Source: Bacteroidales bacterium (lineage in GTDB: Bacteria > Bacteroidota > Bacteroidia > Bacteroidales > UBA12077). From it: 64,000 nucleotides of DNA. This document shows, piece by piece, positions 58,585-64,000 of the stretch (position 1 is its first letter; every line of letters begins with the position of its first letter). The stretch covers positions 23,536 to 87,535 of the forward strand of contig DATFIZ010000103.1 in the NCBI GenBank assembly GCA_035269575.1, in the 5' to 3' direction. Under the pieces are notes generated by a model. The model saw only the letters and a list, made by a program, of their open reading frames with translations, did not search any database and had not been told where the DNA came from. The translations under genes were made by a program, and so were the position numbers.

Positions 58585-59385
58585 ATGAAAAAAAAGGGTG
58601 CGTTACTCAAGATGAAATCGGAATTAGATCATCCGGTAAACTATTTTTTAACCTTAGATGATCAGGATATACATATGAATGAGTTACTGGATAAAAACAT
58701 TTCCCTGCGATTTTTGGGAGAAATTCATTGTATTCGCTGTGGGCGTTTAACAAAAAAATCGTTTCATCAGGGATACTGTTATCCTTGCTATCGTACAGCT
58801 CCCGAAACAGACGATTGCATTTTAAAGCCTGAACTTTGCCGGGCACAAGAGGGGATTTCTCGCGATATGGAATGGTCCAAAAATCATTGTTTGCAGGATC
58901 ATTATGTATATCTGGCAGTTTCGAGCGGACTGAAAGTAGGTGTAACAAGACATACACAAATTCCTACCCGTTGGATTGACCAGGGAGCCAGTTATGCCAT
59001 AAAAATTGCGAAAACACCCAACAGATATTCGGCTGGTTTGTTGGAAGTGGATTTAAAAAGACATTTTGCCGATAAAACCAACTGGCGCAACATGCTAAGC
59101 AATAAAATTGACAGGGAGGTTGATCTTCCGGCACAAAAGGAAAAGGCTTTACAAGTCATCCAAAAGGATTTTAAGCAATATTTTATGGATGATAATGAGA
59201 TAATAGAAATAAATTATCCGGTAACAGAATATCCATTGAAAGTAAATTCTTTTTCTTTCGATAAAGAAGATCAGATCTCCGGTAAACTTATTGGAATTAA
59301 AGGACAGTATTTAATATTTGACCATGGTCGTGTTCTAAACATAAGAAAACACAATGGGTACGAAGTTGAGTTAGTGATTAAATAA
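58585..59385 (+). CDS. DUF2797-like zinc-ribbon protein, unknown function
   Basis: CIRCGRLTKKSFHQGYCYPCY plus CILKPELC and HC. The segment HYVYLAVSSGLKVGVTRHTQIPTRWIDQGA matches my recollection of DUF2797. Confidence 0.65.
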   Translation: MKKKGALLKMKSELDHPVNYFLTLDDQDIHMNELLDKNISLRFLGEIHCIRCGRLTKKSFHQGYCYPCYRTAPETDDCILKPELCRAQEGISRDMEWSKNHCLQDHYVYLAVSSGLKVGVTRHTQIPTRWIDQGASYAIKIAKTPNRYSAGLLEVDLKRHFADKTNWRNMLSNKIDREVDLPAQKEKALQVIQKDFKQYFMDDNEIIEINYPVTEYPLKVNSFSFDKEDQISGKLIGIKGQYLIFDHGRVLNIRKHNGYEVELVIK

Positions 59386-59665
59386 ACATTTTGGAATTGG
59401 AACTATTTTAAAAAGCAATTACTTGTTTAAATTTTTTGTAATATTTGATAAAACAGGAAAATGAATAGATAAAAGATAAAGTATAAGTGATTAATGGATA
59501 GATGTTAAGAAAACACAAGTTATATAATTTTGAATTTGATAATTATAACACGCAGAATGTCAGTTTGTTATAAATTTGAAATTTGTGTAAATTTCTTGTC
59601 ATTTTATTTTATGAAATTAGGTTTTATCTTTATACATATTAACTAAAACTAAATTTTATTATACT

Positions 59666-60181
59666 ATGAAAAAAGAAACTATTCAGTCGATTACTTTTAT
59701 ACTAGCTGGTTCATTGCTTCAGATGTTTAATGGGGTAGGTACTAGCTGGGCAGCAACTCTTGCCGCCATTTTTGGTATTATAATATTTTTTATGGGATTA
59801 AAAAAACTGAAGGATGGCCTGGACGAGATGGGTCAGGCTGCAGTTGGCCTGCTTAATATTGCAATAATTATTGGAATTATAGGTTTGGTCATAGATTTGA
59901 TTCCAGGATTTGGACTAATTGCGTCCATTGTTTTTGTTGTAGCATTTATTTTTGAGTTATTGGGTTTCTTGAAACTTAAAAATAGTGCAACAATAGGAGA
60001 AATAGGAAAGTCAGGCGTTACTCTTTTATTAATTGCTATGGTATTGGCAATTTTAACCAGTTTAATTGGGATTATACCATTTTTAGGAGCTGTTGTTGGA
60101 AATATATTATCACTTATGGCATTAATTTTTGTATTTTTCGGATGGCTTAGAATACAAGAAGGTTTGATTGAGAATGAATAA
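59666..60181 (+). CDS. small multi-pass membrane protein with an internal tandem repeat
   Basis: 171 aa and about 5-6 TM. It contains repeated units FFMGLKKLKDGLDEMGQAAVGLL.., LLGFLKLKNSATIGEIGKSGVTLL.. and FFGWLRIQEG. Confidence 0.6.
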   Translation: MKKETIQSITFILAGSLLQMFNGVGTSWAATLAAIFGIIIFFMGLKKLKDGLDEMGQAAVGLLNIAIIIGIIGLVIDLIPGFGLIASIVFVVAFIFELLGFLKLKNSATIGEIGKSGVTLLLIAMVLAILTSLIGIIPFLGAVVGNILSLMALIFVFFGWLRIQEGLIENE

Positions 60182-60206
60182 TATTACTATAGATATGTAA
60201 ATAAAA

Positions 60207-60233
60207 AGCATCCTCAAGAGGGATGCTTTTTTT
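60207..60233. terminator. bidirectional terminator between convergent genes
   Basis: AAAAAGCATCC (stem 60208-60213), loop TCAAGAG, GGATGC (60221-60226), then TTTTTTT. The T-run overlaps the stop codon of the minus-strand gene. Confidence 0.65.
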
Positions 60234-63200
60234 ATTCATCCAGTTCTTCCTTCTCTCGTCTGATCTCATTTTTAATATTTTCCAGCTGCTTATTTTTATT
60301 TACTTCACGTAATTTTTGAGCTGTAGCGGTAAAGTATTGATGTTTCTTAATGAATGCAATTTGCATTTTATTCCATTCTTCAATTGAATCAATTTTATTT
60401 CTTTCGTGGAGCTCTTTGTATAAATTAATAGACACCGGGACAAAATCAGCCCTGCCCAGATAGTCCAGGTCTGCATCACACATAATCTCTTCCATCTGGT
60501 TTTTGGGGCGGGGAGGCATCTGGGTAACCATTATTAAACGGCAGATTTTTTCAATTTGATTTTTGGTATAGTGATATTTGGGGAGTATTTTTTTGGCCAT
60601 TCTTATCCCCTCTTCTTCGTGTGTATCGTAGTTTACTAGATGTCCCATATCATGAAAGAGAGCAGCCGTTTTTAGCAACAACATTTCTTCATCCGATACT
60701 CCTTCGGACCGGCCGATGAGTTCTACCTGTGTAACCACATCAATGGTGTGCTTTACATTATGGTAGTAAAGATTATCGGGTAAACCCTCTTCCAGTTTGG
60801 TTAATACAAACTCTTCCACATCGTTAACTCTTAGCAGCTGGAGCTGAATAAAAAATTTGTCGTTAGGATGAAGTCCTTTTATGTCGGAAGCGAATTGAGG
60901 ATTAAATCCTTCAACAAAGTACATGTCAATTTCCCCTTTGTATTTAACGGGCATTTTTCCGCGATACTGGCATCTAAAGAAATCTTTAATAAGCATGTAA
61001 GTATTTTCGGTAATATTGATTTTTCCGGGTAGCCCGGATGCTTCCATTCGGCTGGCGGTATTTACGGTTCCGCCCCAAATATCGTAGGAGATTTTTTTAC
61101 GCCCCAGCACACCCGCCACAACAGGGCCGGTGTCGATGCCAATACGCAAATCCCAGATTTGGCGGTTTCCTTCATCGGTTTTCATTTTCAATGATTTCAT
61201 GTATTGTTGCATCTCCATAGCCGCAAGAACAACTTCAATAGGATTGGTCCGGTTTTTTTCAGGAATACCTCCCGCACACATATAGGCATCGCCAATAGTT
61301 TTAATTTTTTCAATATTAAATTTTTCTACCACCGAATCAAACTGTAAGAAAAACCTATCCAGCTCGTCAATAAGATGCTCGGAATCCAGTTGCTCTGATA
61401 TTTTGGTAAATCCTTGTATATCGGAAAACAGAACCGTTACCATGTTGTAATGATAAGGCCCGGCTTTTTGTCCTGATTTTAACTCTTTGGCAGTGGTTTT
61501 TGGAAGCACCCGTTCCAGCAGGTTGTCTGCTTTTTCTTTTTGGATTACAATCTCCTCCGTTCTTTCGTTGATAATGTTCTCCAGCTTAAATCTTTCTTTG
61601 GCAAAATAGTATGCTCTCCATTTAAAAATTAATACGATAAGAAATACCATCAGTAATAAATAAAAAATATACGCTGCAACTGTCCGATAAAAAGGGGGTT
61701 TTATTAGAAATGAATAGCTCATTTCCTTCGCCCGCTCATCAAAAATATTTTTTGCTCTGACCCTGAATGTATATTTACCTTCGCGTAGCTGGTTATATTC
61801 TTTGAAATTAACCGGCGACCATTTTGACCATGTAGAATCAAACCCTTCTAATTTAAACTGAAACTGCAGGTGATCTTCGCTGGCATAATCGTTGGCCGTA
61901 AATTCAAAAGATACGCTGTTCAATTGATAATTGAATTTTGGTAATTCACTATCTTTCGAGAAGGGTTGAAAATTAGAGTAGGGCAAAAGGAAAATGGTTG
62001 AGTCCTGACCAATGACAACCTGATGAAGGTATGTATTAAAATTTTGTTTCCGGCTTTTTTCCTTTTTTAGCTCCAACCGGATAAGTCCTTCGTAACCACC
62101 AAACCAAACAATACCCGAATCATCCGGATGAATAGATGTTATGAAAAAATCTTTTTCCCGGTTAACCGGTAAGGGTCTTAGCGTTTTTAACGATTTGTTT
62201 CCACTCTTTTTTACTAAGGTTTTGTTGGTCATGTTCTCCTTACTCATAATATTTAACCACAAATTTTGATGGCTATCCTCAACAATGGGGTAAACCCACT
62301 GAGATTCATTTGCAAACTCAGCGCTTAGCAGGGTGGTGTCCTTATAAAACAGGTTGTTTTTTTTGTCATATCTTAATATACCCTGGGTTGAAGTAAAGAG
62401 TATTCCGTTATGTGTTGAATACAGAAGAATCGAACGGAGCTTATTAGGATAAATGGAGTCATAACTAAAATGGGTAAATGGAAGATTGGGATGATATTCT
62501 TCAAAAGGATCTATTTTAAACAGACCCGTATGTTTTGATGCCAGCCATAAGGTTCCATCGGCTTCTTCTGCAATAGAATAAATATTATCATTAATTCCCT
62601 CCAATCGTTTTTTGATAATCAGTAACCCTTGTTCGTATTTTAATGCCGACAAGCCATTCGTATGCCCTAAAAATATATAATAGGGATTTTTTGCAGAATG
62701 TAAAACGCTGGTAATATCCTCTGATTCACGGTTATAAAATAACAGTGATTCTTTTCCTGTAATTTCATATATCCCTTTTGCAGTAGTTACAAAAAGGTGA
62801 TTTTTAAATCGGTGAAAATGGTAACTGGAAGAACTAATCCCTCCGATTTGCTTAAAAACTTTAAAATGATCGGTTTCCTCCGGATGAGGTTTATTGGATA
62901 AATAAAAAACTCCCAGGCTTGTAGAAACATATAAGGTATTGTTAAATCGAATGACATCGGTAACATTTCCTCTTAATCCATGATTGCCAGAAAAATAACT
63001 GTATGCCGAAGGGTATTCAATGCGGCTTATTCCCTGATCATGGAGCGCCCATAAATTCTGTGACTGATCAACATATAGATTGTTTATTGAAATACTGAAT
63101 AATCCTCCCAGCTCGTTGATATGTTCCACAAGATTACCTGCTTTATCCATAATGAAGACACCATTAAGCTTTGTTCCAAAAGCATAATTTCCATCGGGCA

Positions 63201-63981
63201 GGATACAGGCAGATGTGAACTGGTTCTCGTCGATTAATTGATTGACCTTTGTTTTTAGTGGGGTAACCGAATAGTGGTTAAAGACATAAAATCCTTTGTT
63301 TGTTTTAGCTAACAGTTGTTGGTTGTAGGGAAGAATTGTTAAGATTTCTTTATCCCTGAACAGAGGATGAGCAGGGGTGTTTTTAAATTTTTGATGGATA
63401 TACTCCTGTAATCCTTCACCCTTTTTTTTATAAAAAAGCTGATCGCCGGCTTTATAAAGGTTTATTTTTTTTGAGGAAAAATCTAAAAGTTCAATCGTTG
63501 AACCATCCCATCGGAATAGTTTATTCTCCGCAGTAAAAAAAACATTGTCCTTAAAAGACAGGATATCTTCAATAAGCCCTATTTTTTTATTGGCTAATTC
63601 TGACGAGTCGATTAATGACATAAACACAGGTTTATTAGATTCTCCGGGGCATAAATATCCGAAATCATTGTAAGTGCCTACATAAATTTTCTGGTCAGTG
63701 TGCAGGGTTAGACATGACTTTTCGGATAATTGTATCATTTTCCAGAAAGACCCATCGAATTGTAAAATCCCATTGGTGTTACTAATGTACAGAATGCCGT
63801 GATTATCCTGTATTATAGAGAAATTATTGTTTTTAAATCCATAATTATCCAATGTGATTTTTTGTATATAAGGGGTTCCTTTTTCCTGGCTTGAACCTGG
63901 CTGTGAATGAATTAAAAAGGAAAATATAATCAGGATGGGAAAAAAATGTGTATTTTTACTAAAAATTCTGATAAAATCCAT
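60232..63981 (-). CDS. propeller/Y_Y_Y periplasmic sensor fused to a class III adenylate/guanylate cyclase and an HD domain
   Basis: Signal/anchor, then about 750 aa of propeller-like repeats. A Y_Y_Y module follows (FQFKLEGFDSTWSKW..EYNQLREGKYTFRVRAKN), then a TM (about nt 61622-61685). The cyclase core is VTVLFSDIQGFT..KTIGDAYMCAGG..IWGGTVNTASRME..DMYFVEG (about nt 60907-61440). The HD domain is YYHNVKHTIDV..FHDMGH..CDADLDYLGR (about nt 60450-60770). Confidence 0.85.
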   Translation of the reverse strand: MDFIRIFSKNTHFFPILIIFSFLIHSQPGSSQEKGTPYIQKITLDNYGFKNNNFSIIQDNHGILYISNTNGILQFDGSFWKMIQLSEKSCLTLHTDQKIYVGTYNDFGYLCPGESNKPVFMSLIDSSELANKKIGLIEDILSFKDNVFFTAENKLFRWDGSTIELLDFSSKKINLYKAGDQLFYKKKGEGLQEYIHQKFKNTPAHPLFRDKEILTILPYNQQLLAKTNKGFYVFNHYSVTPLKTKVNQLIDENQFTSACILPDGNYAFGTKLNGVFIMDKAGNLVEHINELGGLFSISINNLYVDQSQNLWALHDQGISRIEYPSAYSYFSGNHGLRGNVTDVIRFNNTLYVSTSLGVFYLSNKPHPEETDHFKVFKQIGGISSSSYHFHRFKNHLFVTTAKGIYEITGKESLLFYNRESEDITSVLHSAKNPYYIFLGHTNGLSALKYEQGLLIIKKRLEGINDNIYSIAEEADGTLWLASKHTGLFKIDPFEEYHPNLPFTHFSYDSIYPNKLRSILLYSTHNGILFTSTQGILRYDKKNNLFYKDTTLLSAEFANESQWVYPIVEDSHQNLWLNIMSKENMTNKTLVKKSGNKSLKTLRPLPVNREKDFFITSIHPDDSGIVWFGGYEGLIRLELKKEKSRKQNFNTYLHQVVIGQDSTIFLLPYSNFQPFSKDSELPKFNYQLNSVSFEFTANDYASEDHLQFQFKLEGFDSTWSKWSPVNFKEYNQLREGKYTFRVRAKNIFDERAKEMSYSFLIKPPFYRTVAAYIFYLLLMVFLIVLIFKWRAYYFAKERFKLENIINERTEEIVIQKEKADNLLERVLPKTTAKELKSGQKAGPYHYNMVTVLFSDIQGFTKISEQLDSEHLIDELDRFFLQFDSVVEKFNIEKIKTIGDAYMCAGGIPEKNRTNPIEVVLAAMEMQQYMKSLKMKTDEGNRQIWDLRIGIDTGPVVAGVLGRKKISYDIWGGTVNTASRMEASGLPGKINITENTYMLIKDFFRCQYRGKMPVKYKGEIDMYFVEGFNPQFASDIKGLHPNDKFFIQLQLLRVNDVEEFVLTKLEEGLPDNLYYHNVKHTIDVVTQVELIGRSEGVSDEEMLLLKTAALFHDMGHLVNYDTHEEEGIRMAKKILPKYHYTKNQIEKICRLIMVTQMPPRPKNQMEEIMCDADLDYLGRADFVPVSINLYKELHERNKIDSIEEWNKMQIAFIKKHQYFTATAQKLREVNKNKQLENIKNEIRREKEELDE

Positions 63982-64000
63982 ATATTGGGTCTTTATTTAA

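Noticed and set aside
1-64000. CRISPR arrays, transposases, integrases, toxin-antitoxin pairs, restriction-modification or other recognisable defence genes.
   Set aside because: I saw no regularly spaced direct repeats and no ORF with recombinase, nuclease, methylase or defence-type ATPase motifs when reading the six-frame track.

Overview
This is an AT-rich chromosomal segment that looks like Bacteroidota. The pointers are a T9SS C-terminal sorting domain, TAnnTTTG-type -7 promoter boxes, DUF4369/TlpA-like lipoproteins and propeller/Y_Y_Y sensors. It is densely packed with about 50 protein genes and one tRNA-Gln(UUG). I saw no rRNA, CRISPR array, integrase or transposase.

Most of the content is core metabolism and cell-envelope housekeeping:
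- Metabolism and information processing: mutA (cut by the window edge) and mutB, lpxH, gatB, pncA-pncB, dnaG, a Sir2/CobB-like deacylase, ubiX, yhbP-like, rnr, comF-like, ribE, and ileS followed by a dksA-like gene and lspA.
- Efflux: two complete RND operons. One is adaptor-pump-TolC on the minus strand. The other is TetR-TolC-adaptor-pump plus a small PG0541-like gene on the plus strand.
- Envelope and redox: four thioredoxin-fold proteins, an AsmA-like protein, an M28 peptidase and a PadR/PspC envelope-stress module.

I cannot point to a canonical defence or mobile system. The stretches most worth a second look are:
1. A 1249-aa propeller/Y_Y_Y periplasmic sensor fused to a class III nucleotidyl cyclase and an HD domain (60232-63981). 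A paralogous sensor is wired to a histidine kinase plus a LytTR regulator (26079-30514).
2. A minus-strand cluster of AsmA-like protein, membrane-anchored DsbA-like protein and an acidic Cys-rich lipoprotein, next to another TlpA-like thioredoxin (19243-24088).
3. A 938-bp gene-free gap (18305-19242). It holds an in-frame relic of a second M28 peptidase, a 25/27 inverted repeat and a 33-nt perfect palindrome.
4. A redox-dead (SxxS) copy in a tandem TlpA-like pair.
5. A T9SS protein that is almost only sorting signal.
6. Several candidate operators and structured intergenic elements.

All functional calls come from motifs recognised by eye. No database search was run.
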